DNA of 56,257 nucleotides, taken from positions 1 to 56,257 of the IMG/VR virus record IMGVR_UViG_3300037478_000584; one strand, given 5' to 3'. Source of the stretch: a virus (lineage: Duplodnaviria > Caudoviricetes). The notes below the pieces were generated by a model, which searched no databases, was not told where the DNA came from, and saw nothing but the letters and a program-made list of their open reading frames with translations. Shown in pieces: positions 45,503 through 53,292 of the stretch. Numbering within the stretch: the stretch's first letter is position 1; every line of letters begins with the position of its first letter. Made by a program: the position numbers and the translations under genes.

Positions 45503-45543
45503 GCTTATGGTCGCGCAGCGGAGCGGGTAGGCTCGACGCTATG
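45503..45543 (+). promoter_or_regulatory. GCTTATG-class leaderless promoter (TTATGG-17-TAGGCT-7-ATG)
   Basis: Seen in sequence. Confidence 0.7.
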
Positions 45544-45792
45544 GGCAACGACTTGGTCGACTACACACTAAACAGCGGCGTTACGGTTCGGACCACCCGC
45601 GCCGACATTGAAGAGGCGAGGTGGAGCGATGTGATGCTGGGCGTGTCGTACTGGACCGACAACGGAGACGGCACGTGGTCATGCGTTCCGGGTATGCGGT
45701 TCGTGTCGGCCCCGGAAGGTGGCGACCCCGTCACGGTTGACGAGGAGCGCGCCGAAGCGGCACACGACGTAGAGGCCGGCGCTGTCGAGTGA
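45541..45792 (+). CDS. small acidic moron protein
   Basis: Leaderless start; antisense between terminase and portal. Confidence 0.6.
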   Translation: MGNDLVDYTLNSGVTVRTTRADIEEARWSDVMLGVSYWTDNGDGTWSCVPGMRFVSAPEGGDPVTVDEERAEAAHDVEAGAVE

Positions 45793-45945
45793 CCAGTAGG
45801 CGGTTGACGTCACGAAGCTCACTGTCGGTCACCTCATCGGAGCGCGAGGACCCCACGCAGAGCGGGCCGTCTCGGCTCGGTTCGCTGTGGCCCGCGGATG
45901 GGCGTTTGGTCGCGCGACGTTGCGCTGTGACGCGTCGCAGGCCGG

Positions 45946-47334
45946 TCAGCCGAACCCGCGCCCCATCCCACCGTAGCGGGACGTGGAGGCCCGGCTCGCG
46001 GCGACGTCGGCGTAGCTGGTCAGGTCGACGCTTGCCGCGGCGAGGTCCAACTCAGTGAGCCCCCACACGAGCGCGTCGACCCTGTTCGGTGACCGGGCGC
46101 TCGGGTCCGATGCGTCCCAGGTCGTCATCTCTTCTTCCAGCTTGGGGAACACCCCGACGTGGAAGACCTTGCCCTGTTCGTACAGGGCCGCTACGGGCTC
46201 GGCACGGGCTCGCTTGCCACGACTGGCGTTGACCTTGCGGAACGGCACATGGCGCCCCTCAGGGCGAGCTGTGCGGAGCGTGTGCTCCACCATGTCGGCG
46301 CCGAAGTTCGCCTCTGCAACGATGAGGTTCGCGCTGTGCTTCTCGTACAGCTCTATTGCCTTACAGGCCCACTCGTTCGGCGAGTAGCGGCCTGAGGCGT
46401 CCTCAAGCACGTAGCCGCGACGGTGCTTATCCACTGCCGTGACGACGATGCCAGCCTCGTCGCTGGTCGTGTTGTTCGTGCCGGACGGGTCGATAGAGAC
46501 GATGACGCGCGTCGGCCTGATGTCCTCTTCGGCGATGCGCAGGATAGCGTCGAGCTTCCAGAGCGCCCCGGGGACATCCTCTAGCAGCGCGGCGTAGAGT
46601 TCCTGTCGGCCAAGGCGCGTCCCTTCGTACTTCTCACGAAGCACCCGCATGGCCTCTGGTGAGAGGTTGGCGGCGTTGTCGAACGTGCTACCGGTCGTTA
46701 GCAAGACGCGCGGGTCGTCGCCCTTCGCGTCTTTTACGAGCGCTTTGATCTGCGCTGTTGGGCGTGGGGTCGTAGTGACGACCACCTGCGGGACACAGCC
46801 GGGAAGACGCAGCCCCATGCGGAGCTGGTCGAAAGATTCGGGATAGCGCCAGGCGGCCAGTTCGTCGCACCACGCCTTATGGTACTGCGGGCCACGGAAA
46901 CGGTTCGGCTCGTCGGCGCTCAGGAGGATGCCGGTGGCCCCGTTCGGCCACGTGACGCGGCGCTTGCTGGGCTCGTACAGGACGTCAGCGTACAGCGAGC
47001 AGAGGCCCGAGTTGCCTTCAAGCATAACGTCGCGAATATCCGCGGCCGTCGCTCCGGCGAGCGCGATCCGCATGCCCGGCATGCTGCGAGCCCACGTGTT
47101 GACCGTCTCCGATCCGGTGCGGCTCTTGCCCCACCCACGCCCGGCCATGATGAGCCAGACGAGCCACCAGTCGCCCGGTGGTATGAGTTGGTCGTGGCGC
47201 GCTGCCTTGAGCCAGGCGCTCTCAGTGGGACTCGACGACCGCAGCGCTTCCAAGCGCTTCCGGGCTATCGTCGGCAGCAGCCCACGCTTCGAGTAGCCGC
47301 GCAAACTGGTCGCGGTCGAGAACTCGCTCGGCAA
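45946..47334 (-). CDS. terminase large subunit (start uncertain)
   Basis: AGRGWGKS Walker A, FRGPQ, WCDELAAW, VTTTP, SIDP, EANFG, NRVDAL. Confidence 0.95.
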   Translation of the reverse strand: MPSEFSTATSLRGYSKRGLLPTIARKRLEALRSSSPTESAWLKAARHDQLIPPGDWWLVWLIMAGRGWGKSRTGSETVNTWARSMPGMRIALAGATAADIRDVMLEGNSGLCSLYADVLYEPSKRRVTWPNGATGILLSADEPNRFRGPQYHKAWCDELAAWRYPESFDQLRMGLRLPGCVPQVVVTTTPRPTAQIKALVKDAKGDDPRVLLTTGSTFDNAANLSPEAMRVLREKYEGTRLGRQELYAALLEDVPGALWKLDAILRIAEEDIRPTRVIVSIDPSGTNNTTSDEAGIVVTAVDKHRRGYVLEDASGRYSPNEWACKAIELYEKHSANLIVAEANFGADMVEHTLRTARPEGRHVPFRKVNASRGKRARAEPVAALYEQGKVFHVGVFPKLEEEMTTWDASDPSARSPNRVDALVWGLTELDLAAASVDLTSYADVAASRASTSRYGGMGRGFG

Positions 47335-47686
47335 CGTCTACGTACCTCTCCAGCTCGTTGGCCACCTGAATGCGCACCTGCGGACCGAACTGGTCGCGGT
47401 CTAGCTTTTCGAGGAGCCACTGTGCATGCGCGCCGCCCTTCGGCAGACTGGCATGCGTCTGTACGACCTTGACGAGGTTGACCTTTGCCTGAGCACGCGC
47501 GCGCGCTATTGCGTCCACGAAGTCCGCGTAGGGCTCCTGTCCGTCACGCCCCTTGGCGGTCCAGTCGTAGAAGGCGGAGCGCGACACACCGCAGCACTCC
47601 GCAGCCGTAGCGGGGAAGTTCCCGGCATCGATGAGCGCAACGATAGCGTCCCGCAACTCATCCGTCAGCTTCGTCGGGCGTCCCAT
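47222..47686 (-). CDS. terminase small subunit-like HTH protein
   Basis: GRPTKLT...AAECCGVSRSAFYDW...AQWLLEK; upstream of TerL. Confidence 0.75.
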   Translation of the reverse strand: MGRPTKLTDELRDAIVALIDAGNFPATAAECCGVSRSAFYDWTAKGRDGQEPYADFVDAIARARAQAKVNLVKVVQTHASLPKGGAHAQWLLEKLDRDQFGPQVRIQVANELERYVDVAERVLDRDQFARLLEAWAAADDSPEALGSAAVVESH

Positions 47687-47690
47687 CTCT

Positions 47691-48002
47691 CTACCCCGCT
47701 ATCCCAAAGTCCTCAGGATGCGGATCGTTCGGCCACCACTCGCTCTCACTGTCCGGGTACTCTCCGCACAGCAGCGCGATGGCGCTCCCCATCGCAGCGC
47801 GGCAGGCCGGAACGTCCTCACAGAGCCGAGCGTCCCGGAGCGGTCCGACTGCTGCCGAGCTGCCGTGGTGCGCCAAGGCGAGTGCCGCATCGTAGCGTTC
47901 GTCTGCGTCGTGGCTGACCAGTAGCGTGATGGCGTCGTCGTAGCTGAGCCGCTCCCACGATTGCGGGATGCGGTCGGTTCGCGGCGGTTCGCTGTCAGCC
48001 AC
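47691..48002 (-). CDS. HEAT-repeat-like small protein
   Basis: DADERYDAALALAHHGSSAAVGPL. Confidence 0.55.
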   Translation of the reverse strand: MADSEPPRTDRIPQSWERLSYDDAITLLVSHDADERYDAALALAHHGSSAAVGPLRDARLCEDVPACRAAMGSAIALLCGEYPDSESEWWPNDPHPEDFGIAG

Positions 48003-48224
48003 TCAACTCCACCGCAGTAGGCTCTCTATCTGCGCCGCGGTCCGTTTCGCGAACCACCCTCGCAGTATGTGCTGGTCGGCCATGAGGCTGAAGTGAATGA
48101 ACGACTCCTCGCACTCGGCGTCGACCGATACGCTCGCCATGGTGGTGGCCAGTTCGGCCATCTTGGCTTCGACGCCAGCGCAGAACATCCACGCGCGTTG
48201 ATTGGTCGAGAGCGTGTCGCTCAC
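48003..48224 (-). CDS. hypothetical protein
   Basis: 73 aa ORF immediately after the tRNA. Confidence 0.4.
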   Translation of the reverse strand: MSDTLSTNQRAWMFCAGVEAKMAELATTMASVSVDAECEESFIHFSLMADQHILRGWFAKRTAAQIESLLRWS

Positions 48225-48225
48225 T

Positions 48226-48302
48226 TGGGGTCGGCTGCTGGATTTGAACCAGCGTCCTTCGGGTTATGGGCCCGACGCGCTACCGAACTGCGCCAAACCG
48301 AC
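48226..48302 (-). tRNA. tRNA with CAT anticodon (Met/fMet-like, atypical)
   Basis: Cloverleaf: GTCGGTT/AGCCGAC acceptor, GCGC D-stem, TCGGG-CCCATAA-CCCGA, GCTGG-TTCAAAT-CCAGC, encoded CCA. Confidence 0.88.
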
Positions 48303-48307
48303 CTAAG

Positions 48308-48374
48308 AGTCACGCCGCGGATTCGAACCGCGCCCTCGGGTACCCCCGAGCCTGACCCAGCATATCGCGTGACT
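48308..48374 (-). ncRNA. tRNA-like element/pseudo-tRNA
   Basis: AGTCACGC/GCGTGACT stem, perfect T-arm CGCGG-TTCGAAT-CCGCG, hairpin CTCGGG-GGTA-CCCGAG; no D-stem, no CCA. Confidence 0.6.
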
Positions 48375-48425
48375 ACCGAACCGGTATGCATCCCGGCTTA
48401 GCCGTCGGCGCGGCAAGGACTGCTG

Positions 48426-48659
48426 CTATGCCGCCTCGTGAGGCGACTGGAAGTTGTGCGCCACCGCAATGGCGTCTCGCTCCAGATTGTGCTGGAGCAC
48501 TTGCATGCCGTGGATCGCCATGCTGGCCCACTGCTCGCCGGAGAAGAGCGCGTCGATGTGGTCCCGTCCGAGCAGGAGGATCGTGGGGCGCCGGCCCGTT
48601 GCGAGGTGGTGGCTGTCCGCTGCGTCGCGGATCGTGACCATGAGTTGCTCGGTGGTCAT
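48426..48659 (-). CDS. small protein resembling a capsid A-domain segment
   Basis: IRDAADSHHLATGRRPTILLLGRDHIDALF. Confidence 0.55.
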   Translation of the reverse strand: MTTEQLMVTIRDAADSHHLATGRRPTILLLGRDHIDALFSGEQWASMAIHGMQVLQHNLERDAIAVAHNFQSPHEAA

Positions 48660-48729
48660 GGGCGGCACCGTTGGCGAGGTCGCGGATCGACCGTGCTGCC
48701 GCGCCCCACTGGCACCTGCGGCGACAACG

Positions 48730-49098
48730 TCATAGGGTGGACTCTTTTTCGGCCGGCAGATTGTCGCCGATTGAAGCCAGGGACAGCACGTCTTGCCGGT
48801 ATTCGACCGCAGCGATGCGTTCTTCTATCTCCGTGAATCTATGCTCGATTGCGAACCGGTACTCACCCATGGCGGCGGCCGCTTCGGACTGCTGCGAGAA
48901 AAGCTCCGGACAGTATCGTCTCAGGTTCGCCTCGGTCACCTTCATGTGGCCGCTCTTGGCCCGCGGCGCAATCGTGACGCCAAGCGACTCCTCACGGTCC
49001 AGGATGTACCGGCGCAGCTTCTCGCCGTTCCACTTCGTGTCCGACTGACCGAGAAGCGCCACGGCAGCGCGGCGCGGAGTCATCGGCTCACGCCGCAT
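48730..49098 (-). CDS. putative winged-HTH DNA-binding protein with coiled-coil tail
   Basis: MTPRRAAVALL...KLRRYI...KVTEANLRRYCPELF. Confidence 0.5.
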   Translation of the reverse strand: MRREPMTPRRAAVALLGQSDTKWNGEKLRRYILDREESLGVTIAPRAKSGHMKVTEANLRRYCPELFSQQSEAAAAMGEYRFAIEHRFTEIEERIAAVEYRQDVLSLASIGDNLPAEKESTL

Positions 49099-49777
49099 CG
49101 GATCGTCTCCTCGCGAACGGCACCACGTTGGCCGACCATCGCCGGTCCGTGGCGGCTCGGTCCGCTGCCCTTACGGGCTTGATGGCCTCCACATACGCCT
49201 TCCTCGCGTCCGCGATCTTGCCCTTCGCCTCGGTGCGCAACGCGGCCAACTCGGCCCGCTTCGCCTCGCTCGTCGCGGCCCGCCTGGACAGTTCACGCAG
49301 GATGGGCAGTTGCGACGCGCCAGGGGCGTCATGAGGCTCGATGGCGCGCGCCGGCTCGCCTCGGTGCAGAGCGGAGCGCGACGCCTGTAGGGCGCCTCTA
49401 CGGGCCGCCGATGCCGCTTCGGCCAGCATGGCCGCTACCGCCGCAGCCTCGCGGCCCGCCTCCTTGCCGCCAAACGCCTCGATCAGGCCCCACACGCGAT
49501 CGTCCGGGATGGGCGACGAGAGCACGCGTAGGATGGCCACCTGTTCGTGACTCAGCATCGACAGGCGCTCCCGGATGATGCGCTCCAACCGCACCCGACC
49601 GAGCAGCCACTCGCCGCGCTCCTCTGGGCCGACGCCTCCGCCACCGGACGGGAGGTCGTACTGCATGCGGTCCAGGATGCTGCCCATCGTTGAGCGGTGA
49701 CCCGCGTCGACTGCGAGGCCGCCAGCGAAGAACCACGCCAGGTCGTTCTCTTGGTCGGTCGTGAGTGTCTTGCTCAT
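49088..49777 (-). CDS. putative transcription regulator with sigma-region-4-like segment
   Basis: IIRERLSMLSHEQVAILRVL; position upstream of the late genes. Confidence 0.45.
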   Translation of the reverse strand: MSKTLTTDQENDLAWFFAGGLAVDAGHRSTMGSILDRMQYDLPSGGGGVGPEERGEWLLGRVRLERIIRERLSMLSHEQVAILRVLSSPIPDDRVWGLIEAFGGKEAGREAAAVAAMLAEAASAARRGALQASRSALHRGEPARAIEPHDAPGASQLPILRELSRRAATSEAKRAELAALRTEAKGKIADARKAYVEAIKPVRAADRAATDRRWSANVVPFARRRSDAA

Positions 49778-50115
49778 GGCTGACTCGGCGGTCCGTTCAT
49801 CATCATCTCGAAAGCGTCCTCGATGTTCTCGAATGGTACCAGCTCGTCCTCTCGGTTCGCGTAGGCCTTGGCGCACCGCATCACACGGGCACCGAGCACT
49901 GCGAGAATGTTGGCGCCGGCCTTCTTGCCTGGCTTCTTGCTGACGTAGTCGGGATTGAAGTCTCGCAACGTCATCTCAAGCGCGTCCTGTATGACGTCGT
50001 CCAGGTCGTGAGGCGGGCAGTTGATGTGATGGCGCGCCATGAAGCTGGTCGCATACTGGCGCGCCTTCTCAAGCAGCAACGCCCCGTCAATCTTCGGCGC
50101 GCCCAGGCTACCCAC
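49774..50115 (-). CDS. stand-alone sigma70 region 2-like protein
   Basis: DLDDVIQDALEMTLRDFNPD. Confidence 0.55.
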   Translation of the reverse strand: MGSLGAPKIDGALLLEKARQYATSFMARHHINCPPHDLDDVIQDALEMTLRDFNPDYVSKKPGKKAGANILAVLGARVMRCAKAYANREDELVPFENIEDAFEMMMNGPPSQP

Positions 50116-50467
50116 GGTCGCCCCCAGGGTCTCGCCTCGGATGAAACCACCGTCGGTTTGAGAACGCGTGAGAGTGCCCGCAGATGCATCTCCACTCTTG
50201 GGTGCCGCGCTGAAACTCTCCCGCGGGGACGTTCAGAAGCTCCACGATCGTTGCTCGGTGCAGAGCGCGCCGAACTGCGAACTTCGGCTCCGCGAACCCG
50301 TCAACCGAAGCTAGCCCTTCCCAGTGATCATTGACCAGTGACCACTTCCTTGCCTCGCAGTGCGGAAGCAGCGGATCCCTATCGTATTGGTCCGCAAGGC
50401 GCGACATCCTCAGGTTGTGCGCCGTGACAGCGGCCACCGCCTTGATCCACGAATCTTCGTCTACCAT
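50108..50467 (-). CDS. hypothetical protein, portal-fragment-like (alternative start 50533)
   Basis: RMSRLADQYDRDPLLPHC vs portal RLVQLANEARQKDGHLQSC. Confidence 0.5.
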   Translation of the reverse strand: MVDEDSWIKAVAAVTAHNLRMSRLADQYDRDPLLPHCEARKWSLVNDHWEGLASVDGFAEPKFAVRRALHRATIVELLNVPAGEFQRGTQEWRCICGHSHAFSNRRWFHPRRDPGGDRG

Positions 50468-50496
50468 GGCCCGCAGCGCCTCGTCGTTGTGTCGTT

Positions 50497-50537
50497 CATG
50501 CTCCGGACTATACGTCTCAATCCGCACCGTCATAAGC
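50497..50537 (-). promoter_or_regulatory. GCTTATG-class promoter (TTATGA-17-TATAGT-7-ATG)
   Basis: Seen in sequence; best -10 of the set. Confidence 0.65.
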
Positions 50538-50852
50538 GCGCAGGCTCGTGTACGTCTCGACATCGACGTCACGCCACGTGCCGAGGTAGATGGTGGCTAC
50601 TCTGGCCGCCTCGTCGCGCGTGTGGCATGCGAATACGCGTCTCGTTGTTGGACACGTCGTGCACGTAGCGTCCTCGCAGATCACCATCACCGCCCAATCG
50701 TCGCCAACCGGGAAGACGCGCACGTCAACGTAACCGACCTCGGTGAGACGCGCTGCCCGCGCTTCGTCGCCGTAGGATGCAACGTCCACCAACACGCTAC
50801 GGTCCGGCCACCATGGCGCCGGCCACTCAAACACCAGCTCTCTCACCACCAC
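50517..50852 (-). CDS. hypothetical protein
   Basis: 111 aa ORF in a coupled operon. Confidence 0.5.
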   Translation of the reverse strand: MVVRELVFEWPAPWWPDRSVLVDVASYGDEARAARLTEVGYVDVRVFPVGDDWAVMVICEDATCTTCPTTRRVFACHTRDEAARVATIYLGTWRDVDVETYTSLRAYDGAD

Positions 50853-51283
50853 CCCACCGCCTCACCAAACCAATCGACCTCCACCATCGTCGTCGTGGTC
50901 GTATGCACCTTGTCGCGGTAGACCGTCTCGCGCTCGCTGCGGTCCGGGCTGACCATCTCAATTGGCTCGCTCACCACCGTCTTCGTCGTCTCCTGCCACG
51001 CCCTCACTGCCGCAACCTTCCCCTCCGCATGAATGAGACCGAAGCGTATCGCAACGCGCTCACAAGACCGCCATGCCGCCATGGCTCGCTCCGCCGCGTC
51101 GCGGCCCGTGGTGTTGAGGTGCGCGCGGAGTTGCACCGGCTCGCGGCGGACGACCGGGACCGGTACGCCTCGGTACACACCGGCCCATTCCACCTCCGGC
51201 GGATCGACTTGCTCCACCGTGCCCGACCAGTTGAGGCCGAGCAGGGTGATTGGCACGTAGGTCTTCAGCGGGCTGTGGATCAT
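50843..51283 (-). CDS. hypothetical protein, tail-tube-like pattern
   Basis: WSGTVEQVDPPEVEWAGVYRG; ATGA overlap. Confidence 0.5.
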   Translation of the reverse strand: MIHSPLKTYVPITLLGLNWSGTVEQVDPPEVEWAGVYRGVPVPVVRREPVQLRAHLNTTGRDAAERAMAAWRSCERVAIRFGLIHAEGKVAAVRAWQETTKTVVSEPIEMVSPDRSERETVYRDKVHTTTTTMVEVDWFGEAVGWW

Positions 51284-51978
51284 GGCTTCACGGCCCGCAC
51301 CGTTTCGCCGTCGTCGCACAGCGTCAGGAGTGCCCCGGGCACAAGTCCCGCGTTGGCACGGAACGCATATGCGTCCCAGTCAACGCCGACCAAGGCGAGC
51401 CCGTTCGACAGATACCTGACGAACGTGCCGATCGGCACATCGCGCCCAGGCTTATCGTTGCCCCGCACCAGCCCCGCCAGCCCCGCAAAGAACGCCGCCG
51501 CCGCTTCCCCGACCTTCGTGAGCCGTTCCAACACTTCGCCGTCCGTCTCGGTCCAGATCTCAAAGAGCCCCTGCGTGACCTGCCGTGGCATGCCCATGCG
51601 GTCCGCCCAGTCATCTAGCTGTGCGCCGCGTGCCAGGTCGAGACGGGGCGCTTGGGCGAGGTAGCTTCCGGCCATTGCTATCGCGCTAGCGGCAGTGACG
51701 GTGCGCACCGTGCCGCTCAGCGGCTCGTCACCCATAATCGCGCGCCGCATCCGTTCCTCAACCTGCCGCAGGGTATAGACGAAGAGCAGATCGTTCGCGC
51801 TGGGGTTATACACAACCCACTCACCGCCACGATTCGCCTCGACCTCATGCGTCGCGAACCCACACGTCGCGCACCGCACCCGCTGCGTAACGTCGCCGTC
51901 CGCGTCGGTCGTGGCGCACCCGTAGGCACGGAGCGTTCCGGTGCAGCCCGGTTTGATGCAGTGTCTCATGTGGCTCAC
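51280..51978 (-). CDS. zinc-ribbon protein carrying a baseplate-J-like segment
   Basis: CIKPGC...CATCG; ARGAQLDDWADRMGMPR...ETDGEVLERL. Confidence 0.55.
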   Translation of the reverse strand: MSHMRHCIKPGCTGTLRAYGCATTDADGDVTQRVRCATCGFATHEVEANRGGEWVVYNPSANDLLFVYTLRQVEERMRRAIMGDEPLSGTVRTVTAASAIAMAGSYLAQAPRLDLARGAQLDDWADRMGMPRQVTQGLFEIWTETDGEVLERLTKVGEAAAAFFAGLAGLVRGNDKPGRDVPIGTFVRYLSNGLALVGVDWDAYAFRANAGLVPGALLTLCDDGETVRAVKP

Positions 51979-52277
51979 TCGACCCCCTCCGGCCGCAACT
52001 CGATGTGCAGCCTACAACGGCCACCAGCTCCAAGTTCCGCCGCGGCAGCGAGGATGCGGGCCGCGAAGTCCGAGCGCTCCGTGAGTTGCAGTACGACCTC
52101 AACATAGCCAGCGCGAATGGTGAGCTTGTCGTCGTCCAGACGAAACGGTCCGTCCGCGCTGAGGCGCTCGACGTAGCACGGCACCACGAACCCCACGGTG
52201 CGCTCCTCACGCTTCTTCACCTCGACGAAACGCCGCAGAGCAATCGCCCCGCTCCACTTTGGCTCTGTGTCGCTCAT
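51975..52277 (-). CDS. hypothetical protein
   Basis: ATGA-coupled ORF. Confidence 0.5.
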   Translation of the reverse strand: MSDTEPKWSGAIALRRFVEVKKREERTVGFVVPCYVERLSADGPFRLDDDKLTIRAGYVEVVLQLTERSDFAARILAAAAELGAGGRCRLHIELRPEGVE

Positions 52278-52507
52278 GCCTCGCCGCCCTCCGCCGCCAC
52301 TCGCCCCACGAACTCCTCAGCCGCCTCGGCCGTCAGCACGTCCGTGCCGCCTCGCAACACGACGCGCGTCACGGTGCGGCCGTTCCGGTCCTCCTCGAGC
52401 GCTGCCGTGACGTCCCGCGACTCCACGAAGCCGCCGCAACCGGTGCCGACCGGTACGATGCGGATGAGGCTCACGGTGCCGCCTCGCAGCTTTCCGAATG
52501 GCTGCAT
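52274..52507 (-). CDS. hypothetical protein
   Basis: Coupled ORF; start uncertain. Confidence 0.45.
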   Translation of the reverse strand: MQPFGKLRGGTVSLIRIVPVGTGCGGFVESRDVTAALEEDRNGRTVTRVVLRGGTDVLTAEAAEEFVGRVAAEGGEA

Positions 52508-52815
52508 GTGTTCACGGAGCGGACGGCGGCGACCTCGCCCGACGTGGCCGGTTTAGGGTCGTAGAGCCACTGTGCGGACGGATCGTCGCGGTTCATGACG
52601 GACCACCGGCAGACTCGATACCCCTCGCCGCACCGCACGCAGCGTCCGTATGTGCAGTCGTGCGAATCGAAGGCTTCCGCATCGGCGCGCACCGCAACCC
52701 GCCCCTGGCACGTCTTGAACTTGCAGTGACCCCAGCTGCCACCGACAGTCAGCAACTCTCCACTCAACTCAGTTCCCTTCATCATCGTCCCCATCCTCTC
52801 CCATCCGTCCCGCAA
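52471..52815 (-). CDS. Cys-rich hypothetical protein
   Basis: CKFKTC...CVRCG; start uncertain. Confidence 0.45.
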   Translation of the reverse strand: MRDGWERMGTMMKGTELSGELLTVGGSWGHCKFKTCQGRVAVRADAEAFDSHDCTYGRCVRCGEGYRVCRWSVMNRDDPSAQWLYDPKPATSGEVAAVRSVNTCSHSESCEAAP

Positions 52816-52990
52816 TCAACCGCACCACCACGACCGGCCACCAAACGGCCATGCCCGTGAAGGCGCTCAACGCGTCGGCAAACTCCACGTCGTCCAGCCT
52901 GCCGTGGTCCTCTGCGAGCGAGATCATGGCGTGCGCGACCAGTCCGCCAATGAGCAGGTACGCGACGATGCTCGCCACGAATGTGCTCAC
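52769..52990 (-). CDS. small membrane protein
   Basis: Two hydrophobic segments, YLLIG...WWP. Confidence 0.55.
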   Translation of the reverse strand: MSTFVASIVAYLLIGGLVAHAMISLAEDHGRLDDVEFADALSAFTGMAVWWPVVVVRLIAGRMGEDGDDDEGN

Positions 52991-53292
52991 CGCAACCTCA
53001 CGGACAGCACCCTCTCGCTCCCGTCCGCACCGACGAACACCACACGGCCACCGGCCGCTACGTGGCGCACGATTGCGAGGTAGACCTTGGCGCCGCGTAC
53101 CGCTGCGGTGATGCCATCGTCCGTGGTGAGGCGCGCCAACTCCGTCATGGCGTCTTGCATCTGTTGGTCGCGCGACGCATCGCCACTCTTCGCCGCAACG
53201 CGCTTGCCGACCGCATCGACGAACGCGTCCAGTCTCTCACTGTCGCGCTTGCGCATCATGTCGGCCAGTCGCGATACGAAGTCGTCTTTCAT
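52987..53292 (-). CDS. hypothetical protein (possible RHH-like C-terminal half)
   Basis: Leaderless start. Confidence 0.55.
   Translation of the reverse strand: MKDDFVSRLADMMRKRDSERLDAFVDAVGKRVAAKSGDASRDQQMQDAMTELARLTTDDGITAAVRGAKVYLAIVRHVAAGGRVVFVGADGSERVLSVRLR

Noticed and set aside
45793-45945. Hammerhead ribozyme (CCGATGAG on the minus strand)
   Set aside because: The core should be CTGATGA with a matching GAAA; not found
46875-46905. CCTTATGG inside TerL as another GCTTATG promoter
   Set aside because: Lacks the leading G and has no -10-like hexamer at 17 bp
48261-48270. GGTTATGG as a promoter motif
   Set aside because: It is the complement of the tRNA anticodon loop
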